A stretch of DNA of 46,919 nucleotides from Lama guanicoe. Its lineage: Eukaryota. Within the stretch, counting starts at the first letter, position 1, and each line of letters starts with the position of its first letter. The stretch lies in NCBI GenBank assembly GCA_013239625.1, contig MU053065.1:124001-170919 (forward strand), in the 5' to 3' direction. The notes under the pieces are model-generated. The model had not been told where the DNA came from and did not search any database. It saw only the letters and a program-made list of their open reading frames with translations. Shown in pieces: positions 24,199 through 35,090 of this stretch. Position numbers and translations under genes: made by a program.

Positions 24199-25045
24199 TT
24201 TTTGTTTTTCAGTTTTATTGAGATATAATTGGCATACGTCACTGTACGAGTTTAAGGGCTACAGCGTAATGGTTTGTCTTACATATATTGTGAGATGATT
24301 ACTGCAGTACGTTTAGTTGGCATCCATAATCTCATCTAGATACAATGAAAAGAGAAACCAAAAATAAAACAAAAAAGCAAAAAACAAATTTTCTCCTTGT
24401 GATCAGGACTCTTAGGATTCATTCTCGTCACAGCTTGCCTGTGTGTCTCACGGCGAGTTAACCATCCCATGCTGTATGTTGCATCCCTGATGCTTATCTG
24501 TCTTGTAACTGGAAGTTTTTGACCGTTTTCCTTCAACACCACACCTCCCCCCACCTCTGGTAACCACAAGTCTGATCTCTTTTTCTGTGTATTAGGTTTG
24601 TTGGGTTTTAGGTTCCACCTGTAAGTGAGATCATGCAGATGTTGTCTTTCTCTGTCTGACCTATTTCACTTAGCAAAATGCCTTCAGGGTCCATCCATGT
24701 TGTCCCAAATAGCAAGATTTCCCTGGTTTATTTAAGTGGCTGAATAATACTCCATTGTATATATATGCCATGTTTTCTTTATCCAGTCATCCGTCAGTGG
24801 ACACTTAGGTTGTTTCCACGTCTTGTTATTGTAAATAAGGCTGCTATGACCATGAGGGGGTGCAAATATCTCTTTGACATAGTGTTTTCGTTTCCTTTGG
24901 ATATATTCCCAGAAGTGGGATTGCCCGATTATATGGTGGCTCTATGTTTAATGCTTCGAGGAACCTCCATGCACCAGTTTACATTCCCACCAGTAGTGCA
25001 CGAGGGGTCCCTCTTCTCCGCACCATCACCAGCATTTGTGATCAC
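24199..25045 (-). mobile_element. 5'-truncated L1 3' end (L1MA9-derived Laurasiatherian-type subfamily)
   Basis: ttttattgagatataattggcata...; ttccacctgtaagtgagatcatgcag...ctatttcacttagcaaaatgccttcagggtccatccatgttgtc; gacacttaggttgtttccacgtctt; cccagaagtgggattgc. These are reverse L1 3'UTR/ORF2-end motifs, with an A-rich tail at 24199-24216. Confidence 0.9.
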
Positions 25046-25620
25046 TGAGTCTCCGTCTGGGGCAGCTGGGAGCCATTCACCGAGACAGGGCGTACAGGGG
25101 GGCACTAGATTGCAGTAGCAGGTGATGGCCTCAGCTCTGTTTTAGACTAGCTGATTTGAAGTGACTGTGGGACATCCACGTGGAGGTGTCCAGCCAGCAG
25201 TTGAACATCCACACCCAGAGCCCAGGAGTGAGGCCGAGGCCGGGAATGCACATTTTGTAACCGAGGCAAACAGGGTGCACGGGTTTGGATGAGAGCCCCT
25301 TGAAAGAACGTTTAATGTGAAAAGAGAGGAGAGCTGATGACGGGGCCCTGGAGCCACCTGCACTGAGGGCCTGAGCCCACGGGAGGGACCAGGGAAGCAG
25401 CCAGAGGTGAAAGGCCAGCCAGGAGAGAAAGGTGTCGCAGAAACCCAGGGAGAAGTGGGGGAGTAGTCCACGGCACAGAACGCTGCAGGGAGGCACGGGA
25501 AGCAGGCCGAGCGCAGACCATGCTGAGGGGTCTGGCACCTCGGGGGTCCTTGGTGACCTTCCTGGGTGGGGACGGGAAGCAGGTAACTGCAGCAGTGGAG
25601 GAGTGTCACACAGGACTTGT
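25046..25620 (-). mobile_element. L2 LINE, continuation after the insert
   Basis: tctggggcagctgggagccattcaccgagacaggg...tttgaagtgactgtgggacatccacgtggaggtgtccagccagcagttgaacat resumes the L2 consensus where the segment ending at 22915 stops. Confidence 0.8.
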
Positions 25621-26064
25621 GGCAGGTGGTCTCCGCGGCCTGGTGGGAGAAGGGAGGAGAGAGCAGGAGAAGCCCCTGGCAGGGGCGCAGGTTCCCGGGA
25701 AGCCTCTCCAGCCTCCTGTGCAGGGCAGGTTGGGGTGTGGTGACGGCAGCACGGGGCTGGGTCTGGGGGGCAGGAGAGGCGTGTGGGGAGCCCAGGAGGG
25801 ACGTGCTCGGTCGGGCCTGGGTTTGGAGCCTATCCCCTCAACCAAGCCCCTCACGCTGGCTGCAGAACCGAATTCTTATTCCAGGAGCCCAGCTGTCATC
25901 CTAGGACCATGCAGGCTCCCTCTTTGGAACAGGCTTGGCTTTGAGAGTCCTCCTCTGCTCCCTCCTGGTGTCTTGTCTCTGCTCGTGGGCACGTTTTAGG
26001 GATGACCCAAGGAATAAGACTCCTGGCCGATTAGCTCTAGACTAATGCCTTTGGGGGCCTGGGG

Positions 26065-26270
26065 AGGTGGTGTAGTGGCCTGGGAGTCAGACCCATGTTT
26101 GAGTCCCAGTTCCATCATTTAACCTCTGTGGGTCCTCGGTCAGGATGCTTAACCTCTCCAAGCCTCGGTTTTTTCACCTACCCAAGGTGGGTGATATCAG
26201 CATCGCCTTCTAAAGCTGTGGGATGTGAGGAAATGACCCACGTAAAGCGCTTGGCAGCGCACTTGTGTGT
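26065..26270 (+). mobile_element. MIR SINE
   Basis: ggagtcagacccatgtttgagtcccagttccatcattt...gcttaacctctccaagcctcggttttttcacct...gtaaagcgctt. Confidence 0.8.
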
Positions 26271-26569
26271 ACGGACACCCCTCCGCCACTGTCAGGTGTG
26301 GTTGCTCCGGGTGTGTCAGTCCCAGCTGTGCCGTCAGGCGGTCTTTTTCGTCTGTATCTGCCTCCTCAAAGTAATGGAACAGCCTTGGCTCCCCATCGCC
26401 GCCGCGAGAGGTAGAAGTGAGACTGTGGAGGGACCCACGCGTTCTCTGAAGCCCTGGCCAAGTTCTGCGCGTAGTTAAAGGGACACTCTCTGTGCCATTC
26501 TGGTTGGAACCTTTCTGTGGCAACTGAGCATGAGTCTCCGAGATCAGGATCCCATGACAAAACATCCCT

Positions 26570-26786
26570 GTCCCTCCCCTCATTTTTCCCTCCTCTCGGC
26601 ACTTACTACCTTCTCGTACGTTTACTTACGTGTCTTGCTTATTGCCTGTCTCCCCTCGCTAGCACGTAGGCTCCGTGAGGGCAGGGGTCGCTGTGTTTTG
26701 CTCACTGCTCTATCCCTGGTGTCTGGAACAGAGCCTCGCACACAGTAGACGTTAAGTAAGTGTTTATCGGATGAGTGAGTGAGTGA
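26570..26786 (+). mobile_element. L2 LINE 3' end
   Basis: tgtctcccctcgctagcacgtaggctccgtgagggcagggg...tgctcactgctctatccctggtgtctggaacagagcctcgcacacagtagacgttaagtaagtgtttatcggatgagtgagtgagtga. Confidence 0.85.
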
Positions 26787-26959
26787 AAGCCCAACAAACT
26801 GCAAGCTTTATTCTTACTATTTTTTTTGTTAGCCACCTGGCTCCTACACCCCTGTTCCAGAACCCTGCAGTATTTATAAACCTTGCTCTAGCCAGTTATC
26901 ATACTGTGCAGTGCAAGCAGATTGCTCTTGGACCGGAAGGGAGGGAACAAACCATCCTG

Positions 26960-27240
26960 TCCAGGATGGGAGTAGGACATGCTTCACTGAAAAGATGACA
27001 TTGAACTGGGCTTTGAAGGATGAACAGGAGTTTTCAAGGTAGAAAAGAGGAGAAAGGGGATTCTAGGCAGAGCCAATAGCATGAACAGAGGCACGTGTGG
27101 TGTGAAAGTACATGGGATGTTCAGGGAACAATGGGGAGTAGCCAGATGTAGAGAATGTGCTGTGTGCTGGTGGGTTGGAAGAAGTGAAGTGGGAATCTTG
27201 GGACGGGGTCTTGCTGATGTATGTAAACATGCCTAAGAAA
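26960..27240 (-). mobile_element. L2 LINE fragment
   Basis: gatgacattgaactgggctttgaaggatgaacaggagtt...ggggattctaggcagagccaatagcatgaacagaggcac. Confidence 0.75.
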
Positions 27241-27460
27241 AGGCAGCAGTAGCTGAGAGCCCAAACTCGGGCTTGGACTTGTCTGGGTTCCAGGCACAGG
27301 TGTACTGCTTCCCGCGGCGTGCTTCTGTTAGCTGTGAAGTGGAGAGAGCACTAGTACCCACCTTACAGGACTAAGTGACGATTAAGCGAGTGAAATACAT
27401 GAAGCACTTAGCACCTGAGCAGAGAAGTGACATAAACACTCACTATTGTTACTGTAGCAG
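27240..27460 (+). mobile_element. MIR SINE
   Basis: gtctgggttccagg...ctgtgaagtggagagagcactagtacccaccttacaggac...gattaagcgagtgaaatacatgaagcacttagcacc. Confidence 0.75.
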
Positions 27461-30400
27461 GAACTCCGAATGTTGAGTGCTGTTTGGCACACATGTCCGT
27501 GCACATTTGCAGTGCTGCACGTAACGAGCGGTCCTCGAGGCATGAAGCGATGCTGTAACCCGCCTCCAATCAGCGGGCGTAGTTTGTATGTCTCGGTAGT
27601 AGGCATGAATACACATGAGTACAGTGTTGGCCAGCTTGACTGGCTCCTCCTGACCACAGGGCTGTGTTTATACCTTGGTGGGCCAAAGCTGCGGATCTGT
27701 GTGAGATGACGACAAACATCCTTAGGGGTGCAGTGGAAGAAGCACTGTGCTGAGAAATCGCAGGGAGGAGGGTGGGAGGTGCCAGAAGACTGAAGACAGG
27801 CAGATGTTTTCACAGAGAAGAAAAAAGTAGATTAAAAGTATTACAAAGCATTATGTGTCATGCCGTTTTCCTCCAGCATTTGGAAAGAGTGCGTGGAGCA
27901 GACGGTTCTGCAGCTCTGGGGAAGTGGGTGCTCCCCGGGGCTGGCAGCTCTCACGAAGAGCAAGCAGGTCAACCTCACCTGCTCTTTTTTTTTTTTTTAA
28001 AGCTTACCATGTTTAAGTATCTTAGACACGGGTGTCTTAACTTCAGGCAGCCTTAAGCTAAGCCTTGACTGTGTCCTTAGGAATAAAATGAAAAGCTGTA
28101 AACAGCCCTTATGTGCAGACAGGTGGATTTACAGCTGGTTTGTAGTCGGACCCAGAGCGTTGATTAAGGAGCAGGGTGGACCCAGAGAGAACTCACCTTT
28201 TCTAGGCTCTCCTTTGGTTACTTATTTGCATGACAAATATTAACTGAGCCCTTCCTGTAGGTGTCTGGTGCCAACGGTGTCATCATGGGCCCATCCGGGG
28301 TGACATATCTATTGATGTCTTGGATGAAGAGCGAGGAGGCAGATTATCAAATGCACACATGCTGCCGGGCTGGGAGGGAGAGGAGCTACTCCACCGGGTG
28401 ACTTGGATCAGTCTGTGGATGATGGGCAGGCAGAACAACGGGCCAAAGCCAACACGATGGAATTAACCACGAGTGAATGAGAAGTCTCGCGTCCAGATTT
28501 TTGAAAAATATCAGTGACGTGAACACAGAATGGGGCGACCTGCCTTGGCCTCATTTTGGGCAGAGGACTTGGAGGTGGGGCTGACACAAACTCCATGAGG
28601 CCCCCGATGTGAGCTAAAGGAAGGACCCTGATTAGAGCATGTCGGGGGGCACGCGGCACCGAGGACTTAGTGCCTCACCCTGAGACACATTGAATAAATC
28701 CACAGTGCATCCAGGAGTGGGCTGGCGACATGGCCAGGGGGCTGCAGGAAGGTGGGAGAGAAGACTCAGGGTGACTGCGTCAAACGTTTGAAGGTCTACA
28801 GTGCGGTTAAAGGAGAGCGAGCTTTACTTATCTGTGTCACTGTCCTCTGCTCTTTGCTCATCAGCGGACACACAGGACCCCTCCCCCCACGTCCCTTCCT
28901 TTCTGCAGTTCTGTCATCCCCTCCTTACCTGGCCAACAGTTTCTTTGGAAATGAGAGGATGAAGGCAGGAGGAAGTCTGGGCTGTGGTCGGGGGTGGGGG
29001 ACCTCCTATGTCCAAATGCTTCACAGCGTCCCAGCCGCAGAGCAAGCTTCAGAATAAAGTCACTGCCCTGAACAGGGCTGTCACGTTGCTCTTTGTGGGG
29101 CACGAGGAGAACGAGGATGAGTGGGTACAACTGGGATCCGTGGGGTCTCACCAGAGCAGTCTCTGTCCTGCCCGTGGGAGTCCTACCTGGAAACCCACAG
29201 AGGGAGGCAAATGCAGGTACCTCCTGGGGGTTGTCCCCAGGTCCCGAGGCTGAATTAACCACTGCTTCTTCTCTGGGCTCCAGGCACCCCGTGCTGGCCT
29301 CACCGCACGCCTGGCGTGGTGCCTGACCAAGGGGCGTCTGCAGCTCCTCCCCACCGCACCGCAGGGCTGCCCGTCCCTGCTTTCACCTCAGTGCTGGCCC
29401 TGCGCCACGCACAAAGTAGATGCTCAATAATGAATGAGTGAATCTGCGGCAGAGCAAACACGTGCTTTTCTGTGTACAGGTTGGAACACAGACTCCCTCG
29501 TTCTTTGTAAAAACAGACCTTTGAATGAGTTGTCCTTGTTAGGGGTTGGACCCAGGGTGGAGCGCGGGGATCAGTATCTATAGATCATATAGCCAGGAAA
29601 CCCATAGAGCAAGCTTGTGATTTACTGCCAAGGCCAATGCTTAAATAAAACCCTTGTCTTAATTATTTAGCCGTAATAAACAGAAGTGTGTTTAGGTGTC
29701 ATAGCCACGGATGTTCATATATCACATCGCTCTAATGAGGGCGGAAGTCTTTAGAGATAGGGAGAAGCTTGGGTATCCAATACCGCTCATGGTCTCAGAA
29801 GCTCCGCACGTCCCCCCAGACATGAGCCGTCTCTGGGTCTGCTTTCCAGGACGGGTTTGGTACTAGGCCAGTGGGGAGGAGAGGTGCTTCTGGAGATGCT
29901 GCTCCTCTTGGGAAGAAAGAATGGGGCACAGTAGTTACAGGCGGGTGCTTGTTCTGGGAAGTAGGAAATGTCAGGTGACGGCCCCCCACCTCCAGCGCCA
30001 CCCCAGTCTACCAGACACGTGTCTATCTGATTCCCTCCCCATGAAGTCTGTTTTGTAAAAGGCCCACTCTCTCAGGACAAGCCCATCCAGCCATTCCAAA
30101 TCCTTGGGACTTAGTATTCCAAGCAGATTCCCCTTTTCTTTCTCCATGAGTTAGAATCTGTTTTCACATTAGTAATGAAATTGTGTGTATTGCATTAGCC
30201 ATCATCCTTGGCTTCCTTACCTCTTCGGGCTGGCTGGGCAGGCTGCCTCGGGTCCCTCTCCTCCTGAAGTGCTGAGGTGGGCCAGGTGCTGGAGTTTGCT
30301 GCCTGAGACCTTTAAACTGGCAGCCCTCCTGTTCAACGATTTAGCTCGCCCCAGAGAAGGAAGAAGTCAGAGGGGGGAAGGCGTTGAGTTTCTCCATTTT

Positions 30401-31734
30401 CAGGTCAAGGCAATCCAGGTAAGCCTGCAGGACAACTCCGCTGGTGCCCACTGGGGCTCAGCGCCCTGACTGTATCCCGGGATGGCGGGGGTCCTCCCAG
30501 GGGAGGTATCCGGGGGAAGGTCAGGGTCCTCACTGCTCCAGGGGTCGGGTGAGAGGCTGCTTTTCTCCTGAGGAACTCTGTGCAAGGGAAGGAAAGGCCA
30601 GAGCCACTTCCGGAGCAGGGCAGAGGCACTCAGCCCAGGGTCTAACCAAGGTCAGAGGAAGCGCACGGAACGCTCTGTCTAGGGGATGACGTCTTGAAAT
30701 GGAGCCTCTTCTGTGGGAGGAGAGTACAGCCCTCGTGCCAGTGCTGGGGTGGCTTCTGGGGGCCTGTGGGACAGCCCGGGGCCTGTGTCCCTGCTGTCTT
30801 AAAAAGGTTCTGGCTAAGAGGTTTGGCAAATCATAGGATGGACCCTTTAGACGAGTAGGGAGCAACTTAAACTATCAGTGATAGTTATCCCTTACATTTG
30901 TATCCACTTAATAATAGGTCCCCAAAGGAAGCGGTTTTGCAGACACAATCTCATTTGATTTTCACAACTACACAGTGCAAAAGAGTATTGTCTGCCCCTC
31001 TTTGCAGGTGGACTCCAAGTCCAGTGCTCTTGTGGCTGTTTGCTGTGAGGGAAGCTGGCCGGGGACTTAATTGGAAGTATTTTAGCTTCAACAAATCTTA
31101 TTTGATCTGGAGCTTAATTCAAGCTGCCATCAGCAAAGTTACTATCATTACCTACGTATTTTAAGTGGTTAAATATTTAAAGCCATGTCAGCTTTTCCCA
31201 GCTGAGGAGGGTCACCAAACACATCAGCCAGATGCCTCCACGGGGATCCCATTGGTGAGTCTCTGCACAGGGAATGTGAGTGGGGATGAGACAGTGGGGT
31301 CCCTGAGGGGGAAGGAGGCAGCCAGGTAAAGGGGCACCAGCAGCTCTAACCTGCTTGGCTTCCAAAGGCCTTCTCAAGGTTGCAGTTTTTAAATAATTGA
31401 GTTACTGTGGGGCTGGGGCTGTGGCTTTGTCACCGGTGGAGAAGCTGGCAATGGAAAGTGAAGGGTGAGGTGGACAGGCAAAGAATGGAATGTCTCTTGG
31501 GCTGGTGGCACCTGTGGAAGTGATGGTGACCCCGAGGGTGACGGAGGCACTTCCTGGCCTCTGGGGAGAGATCACCAGAGATCTTGCAGGCCTGGGTCGA
31601 TGACTGGGAAAAAGCGAGGCAGCTTTAATGTGGGGAAGTGTGTCGCGATGCTTTTAGGGAGGAATAACCCACGCTGCAGAATGCAGGGTCGGAGCACGTT
31701 AGTTACCAGGTTTCTTCCTGAGGATGCTCGCCCA

Positions 31735-31912
31735 GGGTGCAGAACCTGGGCGTCATCAACACGGGGGTCCTTGAATGGGTTCGGGGGTTGGTGGGAGGTC
31801 TTCAGAGTTGGATGCAAAATTGTGAATCTGTGCCTTTGAGGCACAAGGTCGGTAGCATTCATCAGGTTCTCGAAGAGGGCTGTGGCCTCAAAAAGCACCA
31901 CATGTCCCTGCG
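31735..31912. mobile_element. MER103C-like hAT/Charlie DNA transposon
   Basis: aacctgggc...gatgcaaaattgtg...agcattcatcaggttctcgaagagggctgtggcctcaaaaag resembles MER103C (tatgcaaaattttgtg...agctttcatcagattctcaaaggggtccgtgacccaaaaaag). Confidence 0.65.
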
Positions 31913-32009
31913 TGGGGCCCTCTAGTGTGTTCCATCACCTGCTCTCACAGTCCGGGGAGCAGGCGCGGCCTTTCGGCGCAGCCTCCTGAACGTGCTCTGC
32001 TCGTTCGCG

Positions 32010-32270
32010 TTCCAGGGCCTTTGTCGGCACTGCTCTATCTTTGCCTCCCTGCCTACCTGCCAAACTCCTACTCATCCTGCAAGGCCCAGCTCAAGCCTTT
32101 GCTGACCCCTCCCCCTGGGCGGAGCCGACAGACCCCTCCTTTGAGCCATCATCAAACCTTCAGCAGGTTTATCAGAGAATCTACCACTCAATGTATTAAA
32201 ACTATTTATTCCTGTGTTTATTTCACCCAGAACACTAAGCATTTCTTGAGCGCAGGGGTGACCCTCTCCC
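32010..32270 (+). mobile_element. L2 LINE fragment
   Basis: ccagggcctttg...aaactcctactcatcctgcaaggcccagctcaag...actaagcatttcttgagcgcagggg. Confidence 0.65.
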
Positions 32271-32689
32271 TTTCTGAGTAAACCATTGATAAGATTTGTT
32301 AAATTGAGTTGAATAAGCCCTTTCAACCAAAATGGCCACGACAGGTAGGTATCAAGAAAAATACTCTTTGGACAGTGGAAGAACTGCAACTGTTACGAGG
32401 AAGCCGTGTCCCTCGCCGATGATATCCGCTTGGGTTTGGAGCTGACTGCGTTTGAGTTACCAGGGCAAACAGGGAAGGGAACCATTCCCGGGGGCATCAG
32501 AGCTCTGGTCCTGCAGTAGGAGAGGGGTCAGCGCTGGACTCGGACAGCTGGGGAGAACCACTAGAGATGTCGTCAAGGAAACCATATGTGGCCTATCCCA
32601 CAAATGCACCAGAAAGAGGAAGCCAGGCAGCATCTGGGTGACGGAGGGCCCGAGGGCGTGGAGCGCAGCGAGGGCGCCCAGGCTGGTGC

Positions 32690-32870
32690 CTGGCGTGGTG
32701 CCTGAGGCGCCTCACTGGGTCTTCACAACAACCGTCTGCTGGAGGTTCCTGTTTTCTCTCGTTTGTGGATGGGGAAACTGAGGCAGGGAGGTCGCACAGC
32801 TGGCCGAAACCACGCAGCTGGTCAGTGGCAGGGTCAGAACTCAGCTGCAGGGGTCCAGCCGCGAGGCAGG
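32690..32870 (-). mobile_element. MIR SINE
   Basis: tcttcacaacaacc...gatggggaaactgaggcagggagg...cacgcagctggtcagtggcagggtcagaactc. Confidence 0.8.
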
Positions 32871-33189
32871 GCTTTGCCGTCTCCCGTGGCTGTGCTCTCG
32901 GGGCCAGAGAGGCATCGACGAACCAGAGATGGTCTGGGCCGGGCCTGGGGGTGGCCAGACCAGCTGCCTCGGCCGCTCACGCTGCGGGGTGTAATGGCAT
33001 AAACCTCAGCCACGGTTGTGAGGAGACATGGGTGTGTTTGCTAAAAAGGGACCGAGAGCACGTGTGTGCGTTACACAGTCACACCAGAGATGCAGCTCTG
33101 CTCACTCCAAACCACCTTGTCGCTAGCCTTTAGAATGTTCTTTTGGCTGAAACTATATTGAATTAATTTAATTGAAGGTTTTTCCCCTA

Positions 33190-33470
33190 TGATAATTTTT
33201 TTCTTATTATAAAATGATGTATGCTCATTGAAGAGAGTTTAAAAATACAGTGAGGCACACGTAAGAGGGTGGGAATCGCCCATAATCCTACCACATATAA
33301 TAACGTTAATGCTGATAGCTGACGTGTGCTGAATACTGTGTTGTGAGCACGATTCTAAGGGCTTTAAAGCACTATTATTATTAACCCTTTGTTATGTGTG
33401 AAGAAAACAGACTCAGAGAGGTGAAGTAACTTGGCAAAGGTCACACAGCCAGGAAATGATGAGATAGATT
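33190..33470 (-). mobile_element. L1ME4-like fragment followed by a MIR
   Basis: ttattataaaatgatgtatgctcattgaagagagtttaaaaatacag...cccataatcctaccac (L1ME4a-like), then gaagaaaacagactcagagaggtgaagtaacttggcaaaggtcacacagc (MIR). Confidence 0.65.
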
Positions 33471-34779
33471 TTAATAAGGGCTCAGGCCCTTAATGCCCTC
33501 TTTTCTTGTGTGAAATAGCAATAGCAATGCGTTTGGGAAGGGAGGCGTTGAAGCTGTTTATTACTGGGGTTTGCCTACTCGGGACTCGAGAAATCGTGAT
33601 TAAAGTGGCCCGGTGGGGACCACCAGTTTCAGGAATCTTCAGGTAATGGCACCTAGTGGTTCTTTAACTCGGGCTTTGTGAAGACAGAGAAGGAGCTGCG
33701 AACTGCTGAGCTGAGGCTGCGTGCTCAGAGATGAGCCAAGGACAGCAGCCTCCTCCCTCCCTGGCAAGGGGCGTGGCTCAGGGCTGAGCTCCCCTGGGCT
33801 CCGCTTTGTGATCTGGTGTCCACACTGTGGCCTGGGTGCCCTCGCTTTCTCCCCGTGGTGCCGCTGTGGCCAACGGCCAGAGTCCTTGGTCCTCCTAGGT
33901 GGGTCCAGATGTCGACCCCGAGGCACAGCTGTCCTGTGCTTCTAACGGGGTCCTTGGGGCAGCTTCCTCCCGTGGGAACCAGCGTGCAGAGGAGAAGAGA
34001 GGTGCTGGCAGGCAGCGCCCCGCACTGGAAGCCTCCCCTTACAGTCCCGGCATGGCCGTCCGTTCCTGTTCGCTTGGTTCACGCCGGTGGATGTGGGCTT
34101 GCTTGCGCATTCCTCAGGACGAGGTCTGGTCCAGGGCAGTGATCAAGGAGGGTGAGGAGGTGGGGCAAGGGTGGCCACGTGAGAACAGACCAAGCAGTTT
34201 GGAGGGATTCTTTCTGGACTGGCGGAGAACTTCCTGGGGGACCGTGCCTGCCTGTTTCCTGCCACGCTGGGCGTTTGTGGCTTCTGCACCTGCTATTCCA
34301 ACAGCCTGACTCCTTCTCCCCAGAGATGCACTCAGAGGAAGGGGACTGCGGTCTGGGCGGGAGTCCAGCACCTTGAGGGGGCCTGGGCACAGCCTGTCCC
34401 CTCCTGCCTCGGCTTGAGTACCTGTGTGTCACTCCCCTTTCTGAGTCACGGATACCACCCCTCTCCCATAGTCCCCTCCCCACTCTGCGGCCGCTAGGAA
34501 TAAGGATGGAATTTCAGGGGCTTCAGGCCTTCGTGAACTGGGTATGAATCAGAAATACAAGGAGACGACTCAGAATCTTGCTAGAGGAACCAAATACCAT
34601 TTTGTTCTCTCTCTAATCCCAGGCTCTGGGGCCGAGCACAGCTTCAGAACAGCGAGGGGTGGGTGTGGCTTTGCCTGACTGTCCAGCTTGAGTCTCCTGC
34701 CCGCAGAGCTGTGGGGGCCTCCCCTGGCAGCCTGGCCCTTGGGCTCTGGCACCACTCCCTGTATATGCTCGTGCCCCCG

Positions 34780-35090
34780 CCCCTTTGCACGGCAGTCTTA
34801 TCTACTTGAAGCGCCCGCCCCTGTCTCCTCCACTCATCCTCAGGAGTCAGCTCAGTGGTCATCTCCTCCGTGAAGCCTCACCTGGAAGCCTTTCCTAGAA
34901 ACAGTTGCATCTTCTTGCCCCTGGAACACCCTGGGCGTGTGACCACCGTGGCCCTGAGCGTCTGTGCTCAATTATTCTGAGATCTCTCTTTGCAGCTAGA
35001 CTGTGAACCCTACAGGTCAGGGACCTTGCCTCAGGCATGTCTGGCTCCTGGCACGCAGTGTCCTCAACAGGTGGCTGGACGGCTGGAGGG
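34780..35090 (+). mobile_element. L2 LINE 3' portion
   Basis: ctttgcacggcagtc...ctcatcctcaggagtcagctcagtggtcatctcctccgtgaagcct...ctagactgtgaaccctacaggtcagggacc...cctggcacgcagtgtcctcaacagg. Confidence 0.75.

Noticed and set aside
26570..27240. Oppositely oriented L2 fragments as a miR-28/miR-151-type hairpin source
   Set aside because: The two fragments cover different L2 regions and I see no extended complementarity between them.
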